Positions 27,676 to 36,774 of a DNA stretch of 64,000 nt are shown piece by piece. Where the stretch lies: positions 320,001 to 384,000 of the forward strand of contig OY969622.1 in assembly GCA_963701665.1 (NCBI GenBank), given 5' to 3'. The translations under genes were made by a program, and so were the position numbers. The DNA comes from Candidatus Babeliales bacterium (GTDB lineage: Bacteria; Babelota; Babeliae; Babelales; JANWKD01). The stretch's first letter is position 1, and the number at the start of each line of letters is the position of its first letter. The notes under the pieces are model-generated. The model was not told the DNA's origin and made no database searches. It saw only the letters and a list, made by a program, of their open reading frames with translations.

Positions 27676-29802
27676 ATGACAATGATGCGTATTGTGTGTT
27701 TTTTTTCTTTCCTATTCTGTTTTGCTGTTCAATCAGTGGGGGCAATGGAATTAAGCTCATTGAAAGAATTTACTGATGAAGAAATAACTATTTTCATTAA
27801 GGACAATCTTCAAGAAATTCCTCGATTAGTTGGGTTATTATTAAATCAAGAAAAGCTATTCGATTTATATGATCATTTTGTTTGTGAGCAGATAGGAAAA
27901 GATGAATATATAAGAGAATTGAAAAATATTGATGCAGCTCTTTTACACATAAGCAAAACAGTACTTCATTGTCCTGAACGATTAAAAGTATTTATAAATC
28001 CAATAACCCAATATATACATCTACTTAAAAATCAAAAAAATCCCTTGAGCTTAGAACAAAAAATAAGCATTATTAAAAATCTTCGTGATAAATACGTGCA
28101 GATCAAAAATAGGTGTACAGTACTCATAGCGCAAATGAATAATGCCTATAGGCGCACCAGTTGCTTAGAAATAGCTAGTACTGATGAAAAAGATAACCCA
28201 AAAAAAAATCGACACTTAATTTCAAAACAGGAATTAGGGTTTATGGATTCATCTTTGGACTCTCATTTTTGCACTTTTATGCACAATATTTGCAGGACAC
28301 TCGAAATCCAAGGATATCTTGCCGAAGTAATTGTATTTGTTCATCAATCACTCAAAGAACTTGATCACAGACTTACTATATATAGAGAAACATTGTCGCA
28401 GAGTAATGTTTTAGAAAAAAATGAGAATGTTGGAAATATTCCTAATGCACGGCCCGGTGAATATGCCTATATAATAAAAAAACCTAAATCTCTTGAAGCT
28501 TGTTATGTTGCATATATTATTGGTGGTCTTTCAAAAGATCCTGCTGCCTTCGATAAGCTTGGTGGGATTGCCTTATCATTAATTAATCATCAAAACGAAG
28601 AAATAAGGGATTATGCAAAATTAGCATTAGCAAAAAGTAACTTTGATCGAGCCTTAGATCACTATATAAAATTAGTTAAAATTTTCTTAAAAATTTACGA
28701 CCAAGATCCAATAATGAAATACTTCGAAACAGCTTATCAAGTGAATGCTCTCAATAATCCATCAATATCTTTCCTACCTTGTTCCCTTTTTCGTTTTATG
28801 CATCTTTTAAATCAAGCAAATAACAATCTTAATGAAGTTCGAGAATATTCTGAAAAATTAACTGTTATCAACGGCTTACTCGGTTATACAGAAGAGTTTC
28901 TTAATGAATATAAGGCAAACCAAAAAACATATGCTACCAATTATAAAAGATTAAAAGACACTTTAAGAAGTTTGATGCCTAAATGTCCTACATCGCAACT
29001 GTATACTATGACTCGGTACTTAAATGAGAGTTCTTTGGAGCCATATTGTTTGGAGACTGTTCTTAAAGGTAATTTCTTAAGCGATGAAGAAATTCAAATA
29101 ATCTTAAGGATGCGAAAAAATAAGCCCACAAGCACGACAGAAGATGTGGCGGCAAATGTTGTTGATGTGAGAACAGTACCGGAAAAAAAACAAAAAAATA
29201 TAAAAAAAGTTCAGCCTAAAAAGAAAAAAAGAAGTAGAAGAAAAAATCAGGGAAAAAACAAAAAAAGAGAAGAAGCATCGGAAAAAGAAAATCCTGAAAC
29301 AAAATCTCTCGATCAAAAACAAACAAATTCACAAAAAATTCGTCTTGCGGATAAGAAAATTGCAAAAAAAATTGTTGATAGTGAAAATAATATGACACTA
29401 TCTGTATGTTGCATGAAAGATCCTGATCCTGCAGCAGGTAAACTTATAATTTACGATGATCGTGTTCAACAATGGTTCACAGATCCCCAGAAAGCACTTG
29501 CTCAAAAAGGATTTGCTGAACATGATCCACGCAGAGATACTTCTATTCCGTTCCACAGCTTTGCAAAAGACATTGACAAATACGCTCTAAAATGGGGATT
29601 CAAAAGAGCAGGCCAAAATAATCATGGAAAACATGTAACAGAAATATATTTGCCAGGCTTTATTGAAAAAGATGGAACCTTCTTCGAGGGACTTTTCGTT
29701 TACGTCATAGATGTAAAAATGCTTTGTTATCACAGATTTTTTACTATTTGTGATTGGCATCAAAAACTTGCTGATGAATGGCAAGTAGATTTTGAAGAAT
29801 AA
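27676..29802 (+). CDS. Large secreted hypothetical protein with K/R-rich tract
   Basis: 708 aa; signal peptide followed by MEL; KKKKRSRRKNQGKNKKR. Confidence 0.8.
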   Translation: MTMMRIVCFFSFLFCFAVQSVGAMELSSLKEFTDEEITIFIKDNLQEIPRLVGLLLNQEKLFDLYDHFVCEQIGKDEYIRELKNIDAALLHISKTVLHCPERLKVFINPITQYIHLLKNQKNPLSLEQKISIIKNLRDKYVQIKNRCTVLIAQMNNAYRRTSCLEIASTDEKDNPKKNRHLISKQELGFMDSSLDSHFCTFMHNICRTLEIQGYLAEVIVFVHQSLKELDHRLTIYRETLSQSNVLEKNENVGNIPNARPGEYAYIIKKPKSLEACYVAYIIGGLSKDPAAFDKLGGIALSLINHQNEEIRDYAKLALAKSNFDRALDHYIKLVKIFLKIYDQDPIMKYFETAYQVNALNNPSISFLPCSLFRFMHLLNQANNNLNEVREYSEKLTVINGLLGYTEEFLNEYKANQKTYATNYKRLKDTLRSLMPKCPTSQLYTMTRYLNESSLEPYCLETVLKGNFLSDEEIQIILRMRKNKPTSTTEDVAANVVDVRTVPEKKQKNIKKVQPKKKKRSRRKNQGKNKKREEASEKENPETKSLDQKQTNSQKIRLADKKIAKKIVDSENNMTLSVCCMKDPDPAAGKLIIYDDRVQQWFTDPQKALAQKGFAEHDPRRDTSIPFHSFAKDIDKYALKWGFKRAGQNNHGKHVTEIYLPGFIEKDGTFFEGLFVYVIDVKMLCYHRFFTICDWHQKLADEWQVDFEE

Positions 29803-29818
29803 ATATTGTGACAACTGC

Positions 29819-29885
29819 TTTCACGTTACAGCACTTCCAGATGGTATTTCGATCATTTAATATCGCTCTAAAGGAATACTAAAAA
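29819..29885 (+). repeat. Decayed copy 2 of the recombinase C-terminal tail sequence
   Basis: Translates FTLQHFQMVFRSFNIALKEY*; matches 30838-30904. Confidence 0.8.
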
Positions 29886-29897
29886 TGTTTTGAGCTT

Positions 29898-30206
29898 TTA
29901 ACTTGCTGGTTTTAAATGAAAAGCAAATACCGCAAGAAAAAAACCAATTATTGAAATTATTTTAAATAATTTTTGATTCATTTTTTCTGCAGGAGAAATC
30001 CCACCGTATGTTTGAATTTCCCAGCCTTTTTGACCTAAAACTGATGTTGCTATTGGGATAATACTAAAAGATTGGAACCCTTGGATAAAGCTCTTAGAAA
30101 AAAAATGAAAAGTGTTTATCCAAATTGCCAAGCAATGAATGAAACATATCAGTATAAATGATATAATAGCTGCTTTACAATATGACTTTATGACATTTTG
30201 AATCAT
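29898..30206 (-). CDS. Small membrane hypothetical protein
   Basis: 102 aa with hydrophobic segments and an AAGG RBS. Confidence 0.55.
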   Translation of the reverse strand: MIQNVIKSYCKAAIISFILICFIHCLAIWINTFHFFSKSFIQGFQSFSIIPIATSVLGQKGWEIQTYGGISPAEKMNQKLFKIISIIGFFLAVFAFHLKPAS

Positions 30207-30244
30207 AATAATAACCTTAAAACATTAAAAGACTGGCCGTGCCA

Positions 30245-30387
30245 GCCCAGTCTTCGCTTGCAATGGAATGCCTTCGAAGTGAAACTGAGCTTCGACGGGC
30301 AATCTACGCCATCATTCCGTTAAAGGAACTGGCGAAGCCAATCGTAGCCAAATTACACATCGAAGTTTTTCCCCATGCAGGCGTAGA
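30245..30387 (-). repeat. Palindromic repeat downstream of GIY-YIG, homologous to the tRNA-Ala 3' flank
   Basis: Reverse complement aligns with 51477-51613. Confidence 0.85.
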
Positions 30388-30391
30388 ATTA

Positions 30392-30634
30392 TTATAGCAG
30401 TCTTTTCTTTCTAAATTCCCTACCCGATCCAGATTTTAGAAATTCTTCAAATGCATATGCTTTTAATTTATCTTGAAATGCTGCATAAAAAAACAATTTC
30501 CAAGGTAAATATTTTGCGGTATGTGGTGTTGTCCCAGCATTATGATTAGAAAGTCTTTTTTCTAAATCCTCAGTACAACCAACATATATCTGATTAGGGA
30601 GATTTATGGATTGGATAATATAAACGTAATGCAT
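30392..30634 (-). CDS. GIY-YIG nuclease family protein
   Basis: YVYII..IYVGCT.DL.KRL..HN...E.FLKSG.GR motif. Confidence 0.92.
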   Translation of the reverse strand: MHYVYIIQSINLPNQIYVGCTEDLEKRLSNHNAGTTPHTAKYLPWKLFFYAAFQDKLKAYAFEEFLKSGSGREFRKKRLL

Positions 30635-30671
30635 CTGGTGAGTCCAAAGAAAATAAAATTTATTAAATGTT

Positions 30672-30790
30672 GGCCTGCCGGTCCTCCTGCGCCAAGGCTC
30701 CGGCGGACAGCCTACGTTTTCACTTTTCTCTTAGTATCAATTTCATTTAAAAAGATGGCCGCGCCAGCCGGAGTTCGGAAGAACGTAGGC
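30672..30790 (-). repeat. Palindromic repeat upstream of GIY-YIG
   Basis: GCCTACGTT...AACGTAGGC stem plus a CCTCCTGCGCCAAGGCTCCGGCGGAC hairpin; same architecture as 30245-30387. Confidence 0.65.
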
Positions 30791-30901
30791 TGGTGTCACA
30801 TAGTGGATGTATTCAGGAACAATATTTTGACCATAGATTTTACGTTACAGCACATCCAGACGGTGTTTCGATCATTTAATATCGCCCTAGAAGAATGCTA
30901 A
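30791..30901 (+). other. Putative severed C-terminal tail of the serine recombinase (distal att junction)
   Basis: WCHIVDVFRNNILTIDFTLQHIQTVFRSFNIALEEC* begins with the same TGGTGT (Trp-Cys) codons that end the recombinase (QA-WC-AR*). Confidence 0.65.
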
Positions 30902-30953
30902 AAAACGCCTCCTGGTTATTGGAAGATTAATGTTTATTTTTTTAAAAAGATTG

Positions 30954-32159
30954 TTAAAAAAGAGTTACAAGAAGAGTTTTTATGAATAACTCCTGTGCCA
31001 AAGGTTTTGTTTGTTTGTTATATTTTTCAAAACTTAATGAATTTGTATCAAAATTTTTTACAAATTCTGACAGTGCTTTAAGTGAAAGGAATGGAATAGT
31101 AAGAGCTGCTCCAGTGAGAGGATGAGGACTTGTTCTGGCATCACCCCAAAGAATAATTGGCCTTCCTTGATAGGAAATAGCTCCTTCTGTGGCAAGTGCT
31201 GGAATAAAATTGACAAAGGAAATAACATCAGTCGCATCAGAAAATGGTATGGATGTGGGTTGATTTTTTTTTGTAGCATAAAGATACCAGTAAATTGCTG
31301 GATTATTTGGCACTAATGAGAATTTTGTGTCATTGGGTTTAATTGCTGCTAATCTTTTTATTTGTGATTGTACTCCGTTGCCAACCAAAGAGACTTTAAA
31401 ACCCCAATTAACGTTTTCTCCTGATATTCGTTCTTTCTTTAATCCCGGTAAAAGTTTAGTTTCTGATTCATATCGCAATGCAGCAACTCCATGAGTTGTG
31501 TATTCAGGAAAATTTTTAAAGTTAAATTTCTTTATAAATTTAGGATTTTTCTGCTTTGCTAAAGTATTTGCTCCAGTTGATAGAATGATTACTTGCGCAT
31601 CATCTTGAATTTCTTTTAATTGCGTTTTTTTTCCATAAAGAATATCTACTTGATGCTTTTGACAGATATGAGCAAGGGCATTTTGAAAGTCACCTATAGC
31701 GATTCGATAGGAACGAAGCTTAGTAGGATTATCTAGTTCCATTTCAAATTGAATAAGTTGTTGTTCTTTTAAAAATAGATCAAGCTCTGGGAATTCATTT
31801 TGAATGAACTGAGGAACATTAATGGAAACATTTTGCCAGCGTCGATCAAATTCTTCCTTTGTTCGCTTTTCGTGTACACAAACCCTGTGACCATCTCGAG
31901 CTAATGCAAGTGCTGCTATAAGACCACTTGGTCCAGCTCCTAAAATAGCTACCTTCTTTGAATCACAAGATGCAATATCATTATCGTTAGGATATTCGTA
32001 TGTTTCTGTAGGTGCGTTGTAGTGAGGATTCCGAATGAAAAATTCGCGAATTAGGTCTCGATTATTGTAATGAGGATTATCAGATAGAATCTCTTGGGCT
32101 TTTTTAATTACTAGAGGAACTAATTGTTCTGTTGCAGAATTTTGAAAATTTTCCTCCAT
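30954..32159 (-). CDS. FAD-dependent monooxygenase/oxidoreductase
   Basis: VAILGAGPSGL, HEKR and WGDA...HPLTG motifs. Confidence 0.8.
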   Translation of the reverse strand: MEENFQNSATEQLVPLVIKKAQEILSDNPHYNNRDLIREFFIRNPHYNAPTETYEYPNDNDIASCDSKKVAILGAGPSGLIAALALARDGHRVCVHEKRTKEEFDRRWQNVSINVPQFIQNEFPELDLFLKEQQLIQFEMELDNPTKLRSYRIAIGDFQNALAHICQKHQVDILYGKKTQLKEIQDDAQVIILSTGANTLAKQKNPKFIKKFNFKNFPEYTTHGVAALRYESETKLLPGLKKERISGENVNWGFKVSLVGNGVQSQIKRLAAIKPNDTKFSLVPNNPAIYWYLYATKKNQPTSIPFSDATDVISFVNFIPALATEGAISYQGRPIILWGDARTSPHPLTGAALTIPFLSLKALSEFVKNFDTNSLSFEKYNKQTKPLAQELFIKTLLVTLF

Positions 32160-32249
32160 TGCAGCAAGAAAGCTAATGCTTGAGAAAATAATTAAAACAA
32201 TTGTTTTTTTATTAATAAAAATATTTCTGATTTGTTCTATAGCTTTTTC

Positions 32250-32552
32250 CTAATTAGAGTTTTTAAAAGATGAGGCAGTTTCCCATATCTCAGTGCTTAT
32301 ATTAAATGCTGGCCTAACAAGGTTGAGAAAACGATATACTGAAATCCTATCATGTTGTAACACATTATTAATAAATTGAATCGACATGCCGATTTCAATA
32401 TTATCTCCTTTGCATTCATCTACAGCAAATTTAAGATCGTCATTTAATAGCCGTATATATTTTTCGGTCTCTAAATTATTTATCATTTTTTTCCTAATGT
32501 ATGTTACAACCAATTGTTTTTTAGCCCAAAGATAACTCTGACAATTTTTCAA
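32250..32552 (-). pseudogene. Gene fragment in frame with the FAD oxidoreductase, separated by TAG
   Basis: TTG start without an obvious RBS; the frame stays open for 30 codons after the TAG into the ATG at 32159. Confidence 0.35.
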
Positions 32553-32653
32553 ATCAAGTTTCTGACGAAAAATTATTTACTTGATTTTATTTCCAAATCG
32601 AATATACTCTCCCTTTGTAGTAATTGAAGTATCTCTTCATCAAAGGAACAATC

Positions 32654-32779
32654 ATGTTCTTGCCTAACAGAACTCAGATTCTGTATCTCCCTTCACAAAA
32701 TTGGCTTGCAATGGGCCTCATGGCTATTTATTTAGTATTTCGTGAGATTATTGAGCAAGATAACTGCTGCGCAGCTTAA
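32654..32779 (+). CDS. Small hydrophobic peptide (41 aa)
   Basis: MFLPNRTQILYLPSQNWLAMGLMAIYLVFREIIEQDNCCAA*, with an AAGGA RBS and TTGATT-N16-TATACT upstream. Confidence 0.45.
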   Translation: MFLPNRTQILYLPSQNWLAMGLMAIYLVFREIIEQDNCCAA

Positions 32780-32879
32780 CCCAATCGTTAGTTCCTAAAT
32801 TCCAAAAATGGTTTTATAACCATAAAAATTTAAAAAAAGAAATTTAAGATATTTTCAAAAATATCTTGAGGAGATTTGT

Positions 32880-33116
32880 ATGAGAAATCCCCCTAGAGTA
32901 AATATAATATTATCTGTTGATGATAGAAGAAACTTTGTTGATCTTTTTGTAATATTGATTGCGGTTGACAGAAGAGTTAACGCAAGAAATAAGCCTAGAG
33001 CAAAGAAAAGCACAAAAGCAAAAACTAAGCGCAAAGAAATAGGCTCGCAAGTGCGGGCCTTGTTTTTTGTTATCAATCGTATTACCATTGAGCTCTTGAA
33101 AGGTATCTTTTTTTAA
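32880..33116 (+). CDS. Small basic protein upstream of rep
   Basis: GAGGAG RBS; co-directional with rep. Confidence 0.6.
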   Translation: MRNPPRVNIILSVDDRRNFVDLFVILIAVDRRVNARNKPRAKKSTKAKTKRKEIGSQVRALFFVINRITIELLKGIFF

Positions 33117-33135
33117 AAGCTAGTGCAGACAACAT

Positions 33136-34245
33136 ATGATCGACACCATTGTTTTTATTCTCGGCAAAGATAGCTTTCAAATCATTCATCCTGATAAATT
33201 CCAGCCTTCTGCAGCACTCTTGTTATCAACGTATTCTACAATACAGGCAAAACAGAACCCAACACGTCATGAACTCCTGAAAGGGAACTATAAGCCTCGC
33301 TTAACGCTGCAAAAGCGCCTTGATGCAAATGGCCATTTAGATCTCGTGTTAAAGGTTGAGCTTTCTTTACCAAAGCTTTTATTTGGCAATAATGTTGATG
33401 AGCTTTGCTATAAAGATTTTCCTCTAGTCATCAAAAAATTAGCGGCTGTGTTGCAGGAAATGGGCATTGAGACAACAGCGCAAGCCCTAGAGCATGCACC
33501 GCTCTCTAGCGTGCATTATGCCAAGAACATTCCCTTAACGGACGGCTCTACGCCCTATCATTTCATTAATAAAATCAAAGAAGCAAACATTAAAATCTCT
33601 CTAGACACAAACCAAACTGATTATCGCAACGATGGCCACAGTTATAAATGGCATTGCAACTCATATGAAGTTGTTTTCTATGATAAGATTCAAGATTTGG
33701 AAAAAGCCAAGAAAAGCAGCAAGCGATCGATTGATAAAGATAGTGCAATGAATCATTCGCTTTTCCCCTTTTTCAGGAAAAGAAAGAAATTTGAGATCCT
33801 TCGGATGGAAGTTCGATTGAATACACGGAAAAAAATAAAACAGTTGTTTAAAACGCTGGGGATAAAATCTGATTTAACATTAAAGAAGTTATTTAAGCCT
33901 GCAATTGCAAAGAAGGTTTTGTTGTATTATTTAGATGAACTGGAGTCAAAAAGGCCTGCCTTGCTTGATTATAAGCCTGCTCATGAAAAGGCTTTGCTTG
34001 CTGACTTAGTTCTTAATAATCCAGAATTAAGCCCTCGACAAATTATCCAGCTCTTTGGCTTAAAGCAAGCATTCAATGTTATGAGCCCTAGAGAGTTAAG
34101 AATGATATTTGCAAAATATAATCAGCGAGCTTGGTATAGGCTGATGAGTGATGCAAAGAAAGTGAAGTTGCCGATTGCACATCGGCCTCTAGCAGTTATT
34201 CGTAAAGAGTTAGCAAAGTTTAAGACATTAAATATGAAATTTTAA
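33136..34245 (+). CDS. Phage/plasmid replication initiation protein (Rep_trans/gpII-X-like)
   Basis: N-terminal MIDT, SLPKLLFGNN, FYDK and LRMEVR pattern typical of gpII/X-type rolling-circle initiators; located within an integrase island. Confidence 0.65.
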   Translation: MIDTIVFILGKDSFQIIHPDKFQPSAALLLSTYSTIQAKQNPTRHELLKGNYKPRLTLQKRLDANGHLDLVLKVELSLPKLLFGNNVDELCYKDFPLVIKKLAAVLQEMGIETTAQALEHAPLSSVHYAKNIPLTDGSTPYHFINKIKEANIKISLDTNQTDYRNDGHSYKWHCNSYEVVFYDKIQDLEKAKKSSKRSIDKDSAMNHSLFPFFRKRKKFEILRMEVRLNTRKKIKQLFKTLGIKSDLTLKKLFKPAIAKKVLLYYLDELESKRPALLDYKPAHEKALLADLVLNNPELSPRQIIQLFGLKQAFNVMSPRELRMIFAKYNQRAWYRLMSDAKKVKLPIAHRPLAVIRKELAKFKTLNMKF

Positions 34246-34256
34246 ATAGGGATTCA

Positions 34257-34808
34257 ATGGATATATCAAAACGACAAGAAAATTTTGAGCGTGCTCGTGA
34301 ATATATGAAAAAGCATATTGGCGAGCCATTAACACATGAACTTATTAATTCTATCCATGCAGAAATGGAACAAGTTCATGGATATAGAACTGGATCAGGA
34401 GCACCACCAGTTAAGAATGATTCTAAAATAGTTTATTGGCCTCCTGTAAGTAATGTTGTGTATAGTATTCCAGCAGAAATGCAGAAGCTTCTTGAATTGC
34501 ATAATCGCTCTCAAGAGCCAGCTATAGAACTTGCAGCTAAATTGCATTGGGGAATTGTTAAGATACATCCCTTTCTTGATGGCAATGGACGGACTGCACG
34601 TATCCTTTTTTCCTTCGTGCTTCTTAATCATGGTTATGATGATAATGTATGTAAAAAACTAGAAGAACATTTTGAATCCAATAAGAAAGAATATTTTGAT
34701 GCTCTTGATGATGGCCAAATATCATATCTAAGTTATGATAATGCAAGTCAGCAATGGTTAGCATATGTATGCAAAGCATACGAAGAAGTTAAATCGTTAT
34801 TGTCTTGA
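34257..34808 (+). CDS. Fic-domain protein
   Basis: Canonical HPFLDGNGRTAR motif. Confidence 0.93.
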   Translation: MDISKRQENFERAREYMKKHIGEPLTHELINSIHAEMEQVHGYRTGSGAPPVKNDSKIVYWPPVSNVVYSIPAEMQKLLELHNRSQEPAIELAAKLHWGIVKIHPFLDGNGRTARILFSFVLLNHGYDDNVCKKLEEHFESNKKEYFDALDDGQISYLSYDNASQQWLAYVCKAYEEVKSLLS

Positions 34809-34902
34809 AAATAATAATGATTAAATTTGTGAACAGCTGCTGCACAATTATAAATTTGAAGAATAGTTTAGGGTAAGACTTCAAAGAGTGCATTTAAGAG
34901 CT

Positions 34903-35253
34903 TTATTTATGCAAAGCAACTGCCTCATGTACGATTTTTGCGATTGTTTTTAGGGTAGGATTACCTTTTTTAGAGAAAGCTTGTGTAATGGTTGCTCTTG
35001 TTAGATTTGTCTTGGATGCGATGTGCGTTCTATTTACACATAAATAGGCATCCAATATTTCCATAAATGTTTCAGTGTCATTTTCGATTAAGCATTCTAG
35101 CAATGCTTTAGCAACTTCATTCTTATTTCTAAAAAATTCTGATGCTTTTGAAGCATGTAATTTTGATTCATCAATTTTAATGGGTTGCAAATCGTCTAAG
35201 GATAATACGTGCTTTTTTAATGTCTTTTTCTTGTTCATTTTTGTGTCCACCAA
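34903..35253 (-). CDS. Addiction module antidote (HTH antitoxin)
   Basis: S.KGNPTL.T HTH motif, downstream of and overlapping the toxin gene. Confidence 0.85.
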   Translation of the reverse strand: MVDTKMNKKKTLKKHVLSLDDLQPIKIDESKLHASKASEFFRNKNEVAKALLECLIENDTETFMEILDAYLCVNRTHIASKTNLTRATITQAFSKKGNPTLKTIAKIVHEAVALHK

Positions 35254-35470
35254 TAATTAAAACAATTTTCTTATGACCAATACGACTAAAGTATACTCTC
35301 CAGCCATTCTTCCATCTTAATTCAGCAAGATTATCACCTAACGGTTTTGCATCGCCAAGGTGTTCATCGTGTTCTATACGACTTATTCGAGCTTTAACCT
35401 TGACTTGTTCTTTCTTGGTTAAATTATTCAACCAGTCTAAATAATCATCTGTTTCTTGGATTTGTATCAT
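35177..35470 (-). CDS. RelE/ParE (HigB-like) toxin, addiction module killer protein
   Basis: WL..L...RI.RI...GD.K.LG...ELR...G.RVYF...GG.K..Q.KDI motif. Confidence 0.88.
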   Translation of the reverse strand: MIQIQETDDYLDWLNNLTKKEQVKVKARISRIEHDEHLGDAKPLGDNLAELRWKNGWRVYFSRIGHKKIVLIIGGHKNEQEKDIKKARIILRRFATH

Positions 35471-35557
35471 GTTTTAGCCAAATAAAGAATTTATTACCTA
35501 TCTACTGACTATTATATCATGCGCATATTATAATTGTCAATGGTATGGTAAAAATTC

Positions 35558-35663
35558 ATAAGATGCAGGGTTTGGAACCTGTATTAATTCTTACATGGGT
35601 TCTGAATGCATCCATCAAGAGCCGGTTACTTCACTCCAGAAATAATACTTTGCTACAATGCTA
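35558..35663 (+). repeat. ~105-bp direct repeat, copy 1
   Basis: Aligns with 36775-36884; contains a GATGCA..GAACC.TGTA/TACA.GGTTC..TGCATC hairpin. Confidence 0.85.
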
Positions 35664-35669
35664 ATGAAA

Positions 35670-36662
35670 TTACTTTATTAAAAAATCTTCTAATTCTGGA
35701 ACTATCTTACCGTTGAAAAATTCCTTAATATTCACAGCATCAGGCGGTATTGCTTGACCACTAGAATTCAAAATGAAATTCTCACCTAAAGTTTTTACAT
35801 TTTCATAACCAAGACTTTTCAATACTGGTAGAATGTTATCTATATGAACACCACCAGCCAAAATAAAAATATTGTCATTAATACTTTGATACATATTATG
35901 CATTATAAGAGCATTTAAAAGTTGTGAATCATAATAAAAGATTAAAGCTTCCTTCTTTTTTTCGGATGACCAATTTAAAGGAATTCTTCCATATGCTTTT
36001 TCTAAAGCATTATCGTATTGTTCTTTATATGTTAATAAAGGCAATATGTCTTTTAACGACTTCTCAGAATTTTTTAATGCCTCAAAAAAATCTTTACAGT
36101 CTTCTAAAATGGAATAGTAAATATCTAATATTTTTTTATAGTATGCATTGAGAATTTCATTATCATCATAACCTTTTATTTCTTGGGCAATTTTATTTGA
36201 AACATTTAAAGCAGAAGAAGCTTTTATATAGCCCCAGAGTGAAACTTTCTTAGGAGATCTGAATTCTACTGTTTTATTAACGATGCCATTATAATGACAA
36301 CGAGAAGCTAATGAATTAAGAGGACAGCCTGAGGCATCGTTTTTTACTTTCTCAAGTTCTTCTCGTGATCTATAATAATTTGAAGATTCATATTTTAAAG
36401 GATCTTCGAATATCATTTTCATTCCCTGATTGGTAGTGGCTTGATCTTCCACGATGACATTTGCATTTAATGATTTAGCTGATAATAAAATATCATTGGT
36501 TTGTGCATGACAGATGTTTAAGGGCACATCGCCATGAAAATCATAAAATAAATAAATGATTTTATTATTGTTTGGCAATTGGTCAATTTTATAGATGTAA
36601 CTAAAAGCAGGAAAAATAATATTACATAAAGATAATAAAATTATATAGAATTTTTTGCCCAT
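35670..36662 (-). CDS. Secreted hypothetical protein (cargo)
   Basis: 330 aa, signal peptide, very AT-rich, GGAG RBS. Confidence 0.75.
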   Translation of the reverse strand: MGKKFYIILLSLCNIIFPAFSYIYKIDQLPNNNKIIYLFYDFHGDVPLNICHAQTNDILLSAKSLNANVIVEDQATTNQGMKMIFEDPLKYESSNYYRSREELEKVKNDASGCPLNSLASRCHYNGIVNKTVEFRSPKKVSLWGYIKASSALNVSNKIAQEIKGYDDNEILNAYYKKILDIYYSILEDCKDFFEALKNSEKSLKDILPLLTYKEQYDNALEKAYGRIPLNWSSEKKKEALIFYYDSQLLNALIMHNMYQSINDNIFILAGGVHIDNILPVLKSLGYENVKTLGENFILNSSGQAIPPDAVNIKEFFNGKIVPELEDFLIK

Positions 36663-36774
36663 TCTTGTCTCTCCATTTCAAATTGAAATAAGCTAAGGAT
36701 AGATGCCAAGATAATATTATAATTTAATTTTATAAAATTGCGGATCTTCTTGTCAAGCTTATAATAAATGGCCT

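Noticed and set aside
30611..30901. 96-aa + strand ORF as a stand-alone gene
   Set aside because: The first 60 codons overlap the GIY-YIG start and read through palindromic repeat DNA. Only the part from 30791 looks protein-like, and it is interpreted as the recombinase tail.
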